From assembly GCA_963695345.1 (NCBI GenBank), contig OY968769.1, positions 2,016,001 to 2,080,000 on the forward strand: 64,000 bases of DNA. The letters are read 5' to 3'. The notes below the pieces were generated by a model. It saw only the letters and a program-made list of their open reading frames with translations. It did not search any database and was not told the origin of the DNA. The DNA comes from an uncultured Methanomassiliicoccales archaeon. GTDB lineage: Archaea > Thermoplasmatota > Thermoplasmata > Methanomassiliicoccales > UBA472. Within the stretch, counting starts at the first letter, position 1; each line of letters begins with the position of its first letter. This document shows, piece by piece, positions 22,263 through 33,210 of the stretch. Position numbers and translations under genes: made by a program.

Positions 22263-22820
22263 ATGATGCCAATAGGACCGCTGATGATCGAACATCGTCT
22301 CATTGAGAGAGCCATCGTACAAATGAGAACGGAGATCGACCGGGCAAAGGCCCAGCGGAGATTCGATGTCAACTTCATCGATTCATGGGTAGATTTCATC
22401 CGGACCTATGCGGACCGGGTGCATCACGGAAAAGAGGAACAGATATTGTTCCATGATCTGGCCTCAAGGCGGATATCCCCCGCCCTCAACGAAATGATGA
22501 ACGGACTGATCGAGGACCACGTCAAGGCGAGGAGGTTGGTGGCGGAGCTGGTGCTCGCCCGGAAGCGATATGCAGGCGGCGATCCCGCCTCTTTCGACCA
22601 ACTAATGGTGCTCTGCGGGGAACTGGTCGATTTCTATCCGGCGCACATCAGGAAGGAGGACAAGGAGTTCTTCATCCCGGTCATGGACTACCTAACGAAG
22701 GAGGAGAAGGACGGGATGCTCCGGCGTTTCCAGGAATTCGACGAGGGCGTCATCCATGAACATTATCGTTCGGTGGTGGAAACGATGGAGAACAGGGTGG
22801 CGGGGAACGAAACGATTTAA
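22263..22820 (+). CDS. Hemerythrin/HHE cation-binding domain protein
   Basis: [21 protein letters not shown] and [10 protein letters not shown] motifs. Confidence 0.88.
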   Translation: MMPIGPLMIEHRLIERAIVQMRTEIDRAKAQRRFDVNFIDSWVDFIRTYADRVHHGKEEQILFHDLASRRISPALNEMMNGLIEDHVKARRLVAELVLARKRYAGGDPASFDQLMVLCGELVDFYPAHIRKEDKEFFIPVMDYLTKEEKDGMLRRFQEFDEGVIHEHYRSVVETMENRVAGNETI

Positions 22821-22855
22821 CCTTAAGAGCCGCCTACCATTCCGAGGAGTTCAGC

Positions 22856-23020
22856 ATGGACAAGTACCAATGCACGGTGTGCGGATTCATATATGACCCG
22901 GAGAAGGGAGATCCAGACGGCGGCATTCCCCCGGGAACAGCGTTCGAGAGCATTCCCGACGACTGGGTATGTCCAGTGTGCGGCGCGGCGAAGAGCATGT
23001 TCGAGAAGTACAACGGCTGA
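22856..23020 (+). CDS. Rubredoxin (54 aa, missing from ORF track)
   Basis: Own translation: [54 protein letters not shown]; GAGGAG Shine-Dalgarno upstream. Confidence 0.95.
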   Translation: MDKYQCTVCGFIYDPEKGDPDGGIPPGTAFESIPDDWVCPVCGAAKSMFEKYNG

Positions 23021-23419
23021 AACCATATGAGGCCGAATTCCTTCCTTTTCCCCGAACTTCAGATCACCATGGGTCCGTCCAGCGATTTGGGCGTTCGGAT
23101 CGGGACACTTCTTTTGTGATAGTCCCGTTAAGTTGCGTCTTAACGATTGAGTGCGAAATCATCACTCATTTCCTTTATGTACTGCAAAAGCATATTCGGT
23201 TTGGGCATCTCTATTGCTGTCTTTCTCCAAACGGACAACAATGGGGATGTCCTCTTTTTGACAGATATTTTGACACATATTCATCCTTAGGATAAGCGCA
23301 CTTCCGCAAATCGTGCTTCATGAGCATCTCCTTCATGGGGAAAAAGTCTAGATGGAAGAATCGTCATTGGGCTTCAGCTCATCCGAACAACGTTCAGTGG
23401 GTCCTGGGTTGGAAGCAAC

Positions 23420-24211
23420 ATGGAAAGGAAGATTGTAGGGCAGGGCAGACATTCCACGGTCTATGAATATCAGGACAACCAGGTCCTCAAGATGTACCCA
23501 GCGGGGACAATCAGGGAAGTGGCGGAGGAAGAGCTGAGGAAGACCATCCTGGTCAAGTCGTACGGTGTCGAGTGCCCCACGGCCCGCGACCTGGTAGAGG
23601 AGCAGGGAGGTTTCGGCATACTGGTCGACCGGGTCCTGGGGCCGAACTATCTGGAGTGGTCGCTGCAGCATCCAACGGCGATGAACAAGCTCATCGCCCT
23701 GTTCGTCCAGGAGCAGCACGAGATCCACATGCACAAGGTGCCGGAGCTGCCCTCGATCAAGGAGATATTGTGGGACAAGATCCAGAATTGCCAGGCCATA
23801 CCCCAGGATTCGAAGGATCGCCTGCAGACCAAGCTGAAGAAGCTGCCAGAAGGCGAGTACCTGTGCCATTTGGACTATCACCCGGAGAATATCATCGTAT
23901 CCGTCGACGGTCCGCTGACCATCGATTGGGCCAACGCCGGAAAGGGGGACTACCTGGCGGACGTAGCCATGACATCGGTCCTGCTCGATATCGGGACACT
24001 TCCCAAGGGCATGTCCTTCGATGATGAAGGGGTGCTCGAGAACACCATGGGCCGATTCTTCGCCAACTACATCAGGGAATACCTGAAGATGTGCGGGAAG
24101 GGGGAAGAGGATCTTCTGATCTGGATGGCGCCGGTCGCCGCCGCCCGTCTGGGAGAGGGCATCCCGGAGGAAGAGGAATCCCTCCAGCGTATCCTAAAGG
24201 CGAACCTCTGA
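23420..24211 (+). CDS. Aminoglycoside phosphotransferase (APH)-like kinase
   Basis: GQGRHSTVY, VLK, LCHLDYHPENII and IDW motifs. Confidence 0.85.
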   Translation: MERKIVGQGRHSTVYEYQDNQVLKMYPAGTIREVAEEELRKTILVKSYGVECPTARDLVEEQGGFGILVDRVLGPNYLEWSLQHPTAMNKLIALFVQEQHEIHMHKVPELPSIKEILWDKIQNCQAIPQDSKDRLQTKLKKLPEGEYLCHLDYHPENIIVSVDGPLTIDWANAGKGDYLADVAMTSVLLDIGTLPKGMSFDDEGVLENTMGRFFANYIREYLKMCGKGEEDLLIWMAPVAAARLGEGIPEEEESLQRILKANL

Positions 24212-24409
24212 TCGGTCCGCCCGCCCGGTCCTCCCACCGATGCAACGATATGAGCATCATTCCCATATCAGCATAATAACAGTGCCTGGATAACGAGGCA
24301 AGGAAGAGGGCGGAACGGGAGGAGGCCAAGATGGTCGCGGCTTCGATGGAGATGCAAGGTAAGCGATGCCTTCCTTCAGAAACGCCTTGATCGGTCTTTT
24401 CTCCCATGA

Positions 24410-25297
24410 TCATTGCCCGCTGCCTTCCCTTGCGCGGGCTTTCTTGCACCAATCCTGGTCCTCGACATGGATATTGGCAACTATTCCAGGGACTGCGGAT
24501 TCGAGCTCCTTCTCGATCCGGATCGAAAGGTTATGGGCCTCTGATAAAGTCATATCACCGTTCATGCAGATATGAACGTCCATGTAGACCGTGTTGCCAG
24601 ACCTTCGGGTCTTCAGGTCGTGGTATTCCAGGAAGCCCCCTATTCTTTCCAGTGCATCCACGATCAGCTTTTCCTCGTCCTCGCATGCTGAATCCATCAG
24701 GTCGTGGGACGTCTTCCTGAAAACGTCGACCCCCATCTTGATGAGCAGGACCGCCACCACCATTGCGATGAGGGGATCGAGTATGAGCACATTGGTCACG
24801 CTGGCTATGAACAGGCCGACCACCACCCCGACCGATGACATCACGTCGGAGAACAGATGTTTGGAGTCTCCCTCAAGAGCCATCGATCGGTTCTTCCTCG
24901 ACTCTCGAAGCATGATCGTGGCCAATATGCCATTCAATGAGGTCGCTCCCAATGAGATCAAAATACCCAGGTTGACGTCCTGGAATCCGACCGGATCGAA
25001 TATTCGGGCGACCGAGGCCTCCACGATCAGGACAGCGGCCACCATGATGAGCACGCCTTCCACCAGGGCGGAGATGTTCTCAGCCTTCTGGTGCCCGTAC
25101 TTATGGTTCTCGTCCTCCGCCTTGGAGGAAATGGACAAGGCTGCGAACATCATGATCGACGCGACGATGTTGATTATCGATTCAAGGGCGTCCGAGAGCA
25201 AAGCCACCGAATTGGAAGTGAAGTATGCGGCAAGCTTAAGCAGAAAGATGAAAACGCCTACCACTATGGCGAGGACAGCAATCCGTTTCTTGTTCAC
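24410..25297 (-). CDS. Cation diffusion facilitator (FieF-like) transporter
   Basis: SVALLSDALES, HKYGHQKAE and HLFSD motifs; C-terminal HDLKTRRSG dimerisation domain. Confidence 0.92.
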   Translation of the reverse strand: MNKKRIAVLAIVVGVFIFLLKLAAYFTSNSVALLSDALESIINIVASIMMFAALSISSKAEDENHKYGHQKAENISALVEGVLIMVAAVLIVEASVARIFDPVGFQDVNLGILISLGATSLNGILATIMLRESRKNRSMALEGDSKHLFSDVMSSVGVVVGLFIASVTNVLILDPLIAMVVAVLLIKMGVDVFRKTSHDLMDSACEDEEKLIVDALERIGGFLEYHDLKTRRSGNTVYMDVHICMNGDMTLSEAHNLSIRIEKELESAVPGIVANIHVEDQDWCKKARAREGSGQ

Positions 25298-25577
25298 ATG
25301 TCATTCAGGGAGAGGTTAGATATTAACGTTTCATCCACGGCATGGTTCGGACCGGGGAGAAGGCCGCAGCTAATTCCTATATGAATCATGCGGTTTGATA
25401 GCCACTTCCGTTATTATCTCAATTCGTAGCCAACCGCACACGTTGATAAGCTGTCTTTCTTTTTTCATGGTCCATTCATCTGATCATGTCATCCGATCGC
25501 GGTGGCCGTATTTCGGCGCTGAGCATTGATCGGCGCTCATGAACCGGAGATGGACCGAACATACAGAGGGTGAAGGA

Positions 25578-28500
25578 ATGAGGAAGATCGCCATATTGTT
25601 GCTGAGCCTAGCGCTGTTGCTAACTGGATTGTCATTGATTTCCGACCAGGCCGAGGCGGTGTTGCTGAACGGCCCACCAGGAACCCCCACGGGAGTGGCC
25701 GGGGTAGGATTCATCGACGTCAGCTGGACAGCGGCTCCTGGTACCCCTGCAAATTACTATGTTTATTGGAGCACCGTCAGGGGCACGGGCGGGGGAGTGG
25801 GCGTCGAGGTGAGCGGGTCGAATCCTCGGGATCTCAAACGACCTACCATGTAGCAATGGGCGGCCTGCCAGATTATCCATCGCCGCTCCCTGCTCACTAT
25901 GGGCTGTACTTCCAGATATGCTCGCACTACACGACAGGAGGGGATTACTATTCTGCCTGGACCGCGGTACCTGTACTATTCCGCTGATTACCCTGGCATA
26001 CCCCAGAACCTCCAGGGGTCCAGCTCCGACGGGAACGCCGTCCTTACCTGGGACGCGTCCGCCAATGGAGGCGTCAGCCTCATCAGCTATCATATCTATC
26101 GTTCCACATCTTCCAACACCGAGACTGAGATCGCCACCGTTTCGGGAACGACCCTGACCTACACCGACACATCCGTGGCCGGCGGTCAGGATTACTACTA
26201 CAAGGTGGCAGCGGACAACGGTTACATTGGAACGCTCTCGAGCGAGGTCCTCGTGACCATGCCTCCAGGGAAACCAGGGACCGTGAGGGACCTGCAGGCC
26301 GTTCCCGGGGATGGGATGATGAATCTCACTTGGAGCGCTCCTCTTGGAGATGGCGGATCTGCGATAACCAATTACAAGATCTACAGGTCCACCGAGTCCG
26401 GGGCCGAGGCCTTGATCGACACCACCGCTGATGCGACCCGTTCCTTCCAGGACGGCAGCCTGGTACTGGGGGAGACCTATTACTATCAAGTAACTGCAAT
26501 CAATTCGATCGGCGAGAGCGCCAAATGTACAGAGGTCATGATAACCTTCATCCAGGTCCCAACGGCTCCGCGGGATCTCCAAGCGGAAGTCGGTTCAGGA
26601 CAGATCGAATTGACCTGGCTGGCCCCCCTGGACAACGGAGGCAATCCCATATCTTACTATGGCATAAATCGCCTCAACGTCACCGGGGGCGGGGATTGGT
26701 CACTATGGTATTCATACACCGAAGGCCAGACGTTCTTCAATGACACCGATGTCCAGCTTGGATGCACCTACCGCTACAGCGTCATAGCATACAATGACTA
26801 TTATGAAGGGCCGGAATCGAACATCGTGACCGTTACCTACGCCCTGCTCCCGTCCGAACCGTACAACATCAACCTGGCTCCAGGCGCCGGCACCATGCTG
26901 GTCACCTGGAACGCGCCCAACACCACCGGCGGATCGGCCCTGGTATCCTATTGGGTATACTGGGGCACTTCCCCCGGTGCCCGGACCAATTCAGTCAGCG
27001 CCGGTTTGTCGACGAGTTACACCATTCACGGACTGGCCAACGATACGGTCTACTACATCACGGTGGCAGCCAACAATTCCGCAGGACGCGGTCTTTTCAG
27101 CGGTGAGAAGAGCGCCCAGACGCCGACCGTTCCGGGTGCCGTCGTAGACCTGATGATGATCGCCGGGGATGGGCAGGTGACCCTGGGATGGGCGCCGCCC
27201 TCGTCCAACGGACGCTCGGGGATCACCTACTATTGTGTCTACCGCGGGACAACTGCCGGAAGCCAGACCCATTTCGTGGGGGCTGCCGGTTCCAACTGCA
27301 CCTGGATCGACCGGCCCTTGGTCAACGGACGCACCTACTATTATTCCGTCCATGCGCACAATGCGGTCGGCGTCGGACCTAACACCATCCTGTCCATCAG
27401 TTCCGGCAACCACGCCCGGTTCACCGACCAACATACATGCCGATGGCGGGCATCTTCAGATAACCGTCACCTGGAACCAACCGGTTGCCCTCGGAGGAGG
27501 CATTCTGCATTACCAGATCTACCGCGGATCGACCTGGTCGGACGCCACGCTTCTGAACACCGTGGGCAACGTCACGACCTACGCCGATACCGTGGCCGCG
27601 AACGAGACCTGGTCCTACTGGGTCCTGGGCCAGAACTGGGCCGGGGTCGGCTCCCGGTCGGGACAGGCCACGGCGATCTCGTTCACTGCGCCGAATGCGC
27701 CGATCGTCTCCGCGACCTTCGGCAACGGATTTGTGAACCTGACCTGGTCGCCCTCATCGTTCACCGGTAATACGGTATTGACCGCCTATTCGGTGTACCG
27801 GTCAACCTCTCCCGGAGCGGACGTGCTGCTCGCAAATGCCGGTCTGGCACTGTTCCATAACGACACGACCGCGGTCAACGGGCAGGTCTATTATTATGCC
27901 GTCAAGGCAGCCAACGCGTACTACGTCGGAGCTCCATCGCAGGAGGTCTCCGCAACCCCGTCCTCCGTTCCATCGGCAGTCACCGAACTCGACCTGGCGG
28001 CGGGACTAAGGAACGTGACCGTGGAATGGCAGTCCCCGGCCAACGGGGGCAACGCCATAAACGGATATCTGCTGAAATACGGCACCCTTGCGGAGGGGTT
28101 AACGGAGGATACGGTCCTCGGCAACGTGCACAAGTACGTGGTCACCGGACTCCAGGACAACACCACCTATGTGTTCTCCCTCCAGGCCCAGAACCTGAAC
28201 GGTCATGGGCCGGCATCAGAGGTCCTTCAGGCGACCACCTTCGGACTGCCCTGGAAGGCCGTCCTGTCCGTCCCCGCCGCCGAGAACGACGAGGTCCATC
28301 TGACCTGGACCGCTCCAGCCAACGGCGGTACCGCGATCATCGGCTACAACGTCTACCGGGGAGAGACCTCCGGCGGCGAGTTGCTCATTGCCGAACATGT
28401 CACCGGCCTCTCGTACACCGACGGCTCGGCGATCAATGGCCACACTTATTACTACGTCTTGAGTGCGGTGAACATGGTCGGAGAAGGGTCACCCTCTCAG

Positions 28501-30624
28501 GAGGTATCCGTGACCCCGGCCGGCGTACCCACAGTCCCGATGTTCCTGAGCGTCGAGGGCGGGATCGGAGAGATTCAATTGAGCTGGGAAGCCCCCGTCG
28601 ACATGGGCGGCGATATCCAACATTACGTAATATACCGTTCCCTGGACGGGGACGAAAGCATCCTGGAGACCATCGGCAACGTCACCGAGTATGTCGATAC
28701 CACGACCGAGATCGGCGTCGCATATGGATACCGTGTGGCGGCTTCCAACGGTGCTGGCGAAGGGCCTCGGACAGACCTGGCTCAGGGCACTACCATCTAC
28801 CAGCCCAGCGCCATTTGGATGCTGACCGCCACGGCCGAGGTCGGCTATGCGCACCTGGCATGGGCAAGTCCCACGGACAGCGGCAACTCGGCCCTGTTAG
28901 GATACCGCATATACCGCGGTATCGAGGACGGAACGAAGGCACTCCTGAAAGAGATCGTGGTGGAAGCGCCGTTGGAGAACGCGCTCATGTCCATATTGCT
29001 GACGTACGATGATCGGGCAGTGGTGAACGGCACGAACTATTCCTACGCCATGTCGTCGTTCAACCGCGGCTATGAGAGCATGCTGTCGGAGAACGCGACG
29101 GCAATGCCCTTCAATGTGCCATCGGTCCCCACCGCGGTCACCGTCACCGGAGGAATGAGGAACATCACCGCCTCCTGGTCGGCACCGGCAAATGACAACG
29201 GCAAGGCCGTGACCGGTTACTGGATATCGTTCCAGGCGTCGGCCGGCGGCCAGATATCGTACATCGATGCAGGTCTGGCCATGAACCATCTGTTCGTCGG
29301 CCTGGAGAACGGCACGGCCTACTCGGTCAAAGTGTTGGCCTACAACCTGGCCGGGAACGGGTCGTATTGCGATGCCGTCTCGGGAACGACGTTCGGTCCG
29401 CCGCAGGCCCCGACGGTGAGCTTCACCTCCGGGAACGGATGGGTCAACATGTCCTGGTCGCTGCCGTCCTCGGAGTCGCCGGTGCTCGGATACAAGGTGT
29501 ACCGCAGCCTCGCAGGCGGCGAGATGGCTCTCTACCAGACCCTTGGTCCGGTGACGTTCTTCAACGATTCCTCGCTGGCGAACGGTCAGGGATTCGTCTA
29601 CAAGGTCCAGGCGATCAGTGAACTGGGCATCGGTGAGATGAGCGAAGAGATCTCCGCCATTCCCTCCACGACCCCGGCTTCGCCGACCGGCCTAGTCGCC
29701 ATCAGAGGGAACGGGAACGTCTCACTGAACTGGACCGCTCCGTCCAATGACGGCGGCTCGGCGATAGTGGGGTATGCCATCTACTGCGGCTTGGCGGAAG
29801 GGAGCGAGACCTACCGTGCGACCGTAGCAGGCATGTCGTTCACCGTGAACGACCTGATGAACGGCCAGACCTATTACTTCCGGGTAGCCGCTGTCAACGT
29901 GCGCGGGAACGGGACCCTTAGCTCGGAGGCGACTGCGACCCCGGCGACCGTTCCTGGTCTGCCGACCGGTCTCATCGCCACCCCGACGGTGGGCAAGGTG
30001 GCACTATCCTGGACCGTCCCCTCAAGCGACGGTGGCCTTACGATCGTTGGATACAACGTCTACCGTGGGATTGCCTCTGGTACGATGGTCAAGATCGCTA
30101 ACGTCACGGCGCTAAACTTCACCGATGAGACGGGCGTCCAGGGCGTCGCATACGTGTACAAGGTCACCTGCCACAACGCCGAGGGCGAGGGAGTTGGGAC
30201 CTCGATGTCTGCCGCCTCATTGTATCCGCCGCCAGCCCCGACCAGCGTGAACATCGTGCGTAACGGCAATAGCGCGGTTATCGACTGGACCATGCCGGCC
30301 GGAAACGCTACGAGCGGTGTCGCATCCAGATTCGCCATCTATCGTACCGACGCCTCGGGACAGGAGGTCCTGATCGCTCTGGTGAACGACACTGAGGCCA
30401 GGACGTACACGGACACGGCCGCTCCGGAAGGAACGGCCAACTACCGGGTGCAGGCGGTCTACGGTGACCTGGCCGGGTTCGAGGCTTCCCAAAGCACCGG
30501 GGCAACGCTACCGGCGAAGGCGGCCGGGATGGACTGGTTCCTTCCGATCGTGGCCCTAATGGCGTTCGCGGCGGTTCTGGTGCTGTTCCTGGTGGCCAAG
30601 AGGAGAAAGAAAAAGGAACAATAG
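25578..30624 (+). CDS. Giant fibronectin type III repeat surface protein (~1680 aa), broken by frameshifts near 25815, 25965 and 27400
   Basis: Signal peptide MRKIAILLLSLALLL; many L-W-AP...GG..I..Y.IYR...YYY.V.A.N FN3 units; C-terminal TM plus KRRKKK; ORF pieces join if extra bases are removed. Confidence 0.85.
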
Positions 30625-30739
30625 GCGAATCTGCCAAACCTCTTCCAACTCTTTCCCCGATTTTTTCCATCAAGCCATCACGATAGAATTTAGAACGAAG
30701 AATTTATTGAGATAGCCAGACAGATAATATGTTTAAAAA

Positions 30740-30815
30740 TGGTGGGTTCGTCCGGATTTGAACCGGAGTCCACAGGTCCCGAACCTACAAGTTTACCAAG
30801 CTAGCCCACGAACCC
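30740..30815 (-). tRNA. tRNA-Pro (anticodon CGG), CCA encoded
   Basis: Minus strand GGGTTCG...TT-CGG-GA...TCCGG-TTCAAAT-CCGGA-CGAACCC-ACCA folds as a cloverleaf. Confidence 0.9.
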
Positions 30816-30842
30816 ATGGGATAATGGGGGAATGGATAGGAG

Positions 30843-30850
30843 TATTAAAA
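30843..30850 (-). promoter_or_regulatory. Archaeal TATA box for tRNA-Pro
   Basis: TTTTAATA about 28-35 nt upstream of the mature tRNA 5' end. Confidence 0.55.
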
Positions 30851-32176
30851 ACCTATCTGCTTTTCTGAGATTTCTCTTTTACTCGGTTTATACCCTCCAA
30901 GTCTTTTTCCTGTCCAACCACATTCTATTGCGAACGAGGATGTTGACCCCCTATCCTTCGAATTATGCCACAAGTGCCAGTTGTCTGAACCATACTCGTT
31001 TATCGGTTCCTTGATAATTAATTCAGACTTGCAACTAAGCTCATCATCCGTGGGTCCCCGAATAGACCGCGATTCATCGCTTATCGCATTTGGCTTACTG
31101 GCGAGAAGCCTACCCAATTCAGATTTACCGATTTGGGCGATGTTCCTTGCCGCGTTCAGATCGGCGTCAAGTTCGAAACCACACTCGACGCACGTAGAAC
31201 CTGGGCCCTTTCCTGCTTTTATGACTGATATGGCCGCATCTCGAACACGTTTGAGATGTAAACATACCATTCACAATTATCGTTTGTTTTCCCAGTTCCT
31301 CCGCCTTATAGATAAGATCTAGTTTGGAATTCATAGTAAGCCCACTGATTCAAATCACGACGGAGTTGCCAATTTGGCGTGCGTTTCGAATTTATACCTT
31401 TCAGGTCCTCCAGGACAAATGTCTTGAAGGGCATTGACGCAATCTGTTTTGTCATTTTGTGGTTTTCACAGGCAACGAACCGTCTCTCTCTTCCTGCAAC
31501 TTTCCTTAGTTTCCTTAGGGCAGAATGAGTGCCTTTTGCCTGTAGCTGGGCTCTTAGATGCGCATATTTTCCCTTGACTCGTTTCAGCTCTTTAGAGTTG
31601 AAGAATACGTTATTCGAACAGACAGCCGGATTGCGCAAACCCCTGTCTATTCCCAGAACGTCCCGCTCATCGGTCTCTGGAGGTTCCGCTTTTTCCAGAA
31701 CCACCAAAAGAAGGAATCTCTTTGAACTTTTTTCGAACTTGAGGTACGAACATACTATTTTCCAGTCTAGATATTTGTTGAAATGCTTTGGAATACTGAA
31801 TGTCGTAACTACACGAGAATTCAAAGCCTGGATAGTCGCATATCCGCTTTCTAGATAGACAGCACGCCCCCCTCCAAGTGTATCTAATGCACGAGATTGG
31901 TGACTTCTTTGGGAGGGTTTTAAATTTTGTCATCTTCAATGCTTCCGTCGCCATAAAACAGGCTGACTGAACCATCGATGATGGAAGACCTGGTATCGCA
32001 TTTCTTATCTTATGATACATGGCCATAGAATTTCCAATCTTATTGTTTTCCTTTTTCTCGAACCCGTACTCTGCTGACATGTTGTATGCGTGTGCGAAGG
32101 CTTCCATCGTCTTGAGCAGTTTCTCTTTGTCTTCCTCATAGCGATGATTTAGCCGCAAAGTTATGGTCCGATACAT
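30845..32176 (-). mobile_element. tnpB: IS200/IS605-family TnpB (Cas12f-like) RNA-guided nuclease without tnpA; three apparent +1 frameshifts
   Basis: RuvC-I GIDRG, RuvC-II LEDL and RuvC-III DADLNAARNI; TSQTCSRCG (intermediate frame, ~31235-31260) and CVECG; GGAGGTG Shine-Dalgarno; region visibly AT-richer than its flanks. Confidence 0.85.
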
Positions 32177-32480
32177 TTTGCACCTCCAAATGATCAGATG
32201 TCCGTCGGGGTCTTTACCTCGACGGTGAGAGGTGACCGAAACTATGATTCCTTGAGGGACTCTGGGCTAGGTTTTTCCACCTCTCTCGAGGTGACTGGCT
32301 AATTAAAATAAAATAAAAAGTAATTATGTGGCCTTTTCTAGGCAGTGAAACTGCCCCCGAATAAACAAGGAGCTTACATAAGGGATCGTCGTTGCCCGTA
32401 TACGGGTCTATTTTTCCTTTCTCGGGTCCTCATCCACATCATTATTACATCTCATATTGTCGTAGTCAAACTACGTCAGA

Positions 32481-32488
32481 TTTAAATA
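32481..32488 (+). promoter_or_regulatory. TATA box of the HTH-HMGCS-thiolase-DUF35 operon
   Basis: TTTAAATA ~25 nt before ATG 32513, consistent with a leaderless transcript. Confidence 0.55.
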
Positions 32489-32512
32489 TCGACCACGGAT
32501 TAACCGGATTTC

Positions 32513-33197
32513 ATGCGGGAGCAGCTCAGGGAAAAAATGGCTGGTGAGATCGTTCTTTCCGTCGATGCGGGCAAGACGATCAGGAAGTGGAGAGAGGAGT
32601 TCGGGGTCTCTCAACAGGAACTGGCAAAGTACATGGGCGTCTCCCCTTCGGTCATCAGCGATTATGAATCGGGTAGGCGCAGGTCTCCCGGGATCGTCAT
32701 CGTCAGGAGGCTGGTCGATGGTCTCATCGCGCTTGATGAGGCGTCCGGGGGCAAGATACTGAAGAAGTATGACCTGGGCGAGAAGAGCGATTGCATCATC
32801 AGCATCAAGGAGTTCAAGTCGTCCTTCAAGGCATCGGACTTCGTCCAGACGATAGAGGGCGAACCGCTCACCAAGAGCGTCAGCCTGGATATGGACATTC
32901 ACGGGTTCACCATCATCGATTCGATGAAGGCCATCACCGCCCTCAGTTCGATGGACTATCTGAAGATCTACGGCTGGAGCAGCGAAAGGGCGCTCATCTT
33001 CACCGGGGTCAAGTTCGGCCGGTCGCCCATGATCGCCATCCGGGCGCATCCCGATGAAGCCGGCGCTGGTGGTATATCACCGTCCGGAACACGTGGATGA
33101 CCTGGCGATCCGCCTGGCGACGCTGGAAGGACTGCCGCTGATCAAAACGACATTGCCGATACAGACCCTCGTCGAGAGGCTGGAACGCGTAGAGTAA
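32513..33197 (+). CDS. Archaeal Xre-type HTH transcriptional regulator, one extra base near 33052
   Basis: IRKWREEFGVSQQELAKYMGVSPSVISDYESGRR, GWSSERALIFT and GRSPMIAIR; continues as PMKPALVVY... to TAA 33197 in the +1 frame. Confidence 0.82.
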
Positions 33198-33210
33198 GGA
33201 GGAATATTCA

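Noticed and set aside
23420-24211. Antibiotic resistance gene call for the APH-like kinase
   Set aside because: Only fold-level motifs are present; the substrate cannot be inferred and there is no mobile context.
25851-25853. In-frame TAG between ORF 25539 and ORF 25899 (same frame), suggesting pyrrolysine read-through in the FN3 gene
   Set aside because: The alternative frame (SGSQTTYHV...LYFQI...YYSAWT) is much more FN3-like, so compensating indels explain it better.
25400-30815. tRNA-anchored integrative element
   Set aside because: No integrase and no duplicated tRNA 3' end were found in the window.
30880-30995. Possible degenerate mini-CRISPR array downstream of tnpB (blocks ending CAAC 38 nt apart)
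   Set aside because: Only 4-5 nt are shared and there is no third regularly spaced unit.
31056-32366. Near-identical 12-mer CCCCGAATA(G/A)AC near both ends of the tnpB region
   Set aside because: Short, one copy lies within the coding region, and IS200/605 elements do not create target-site duplications; likely chance.
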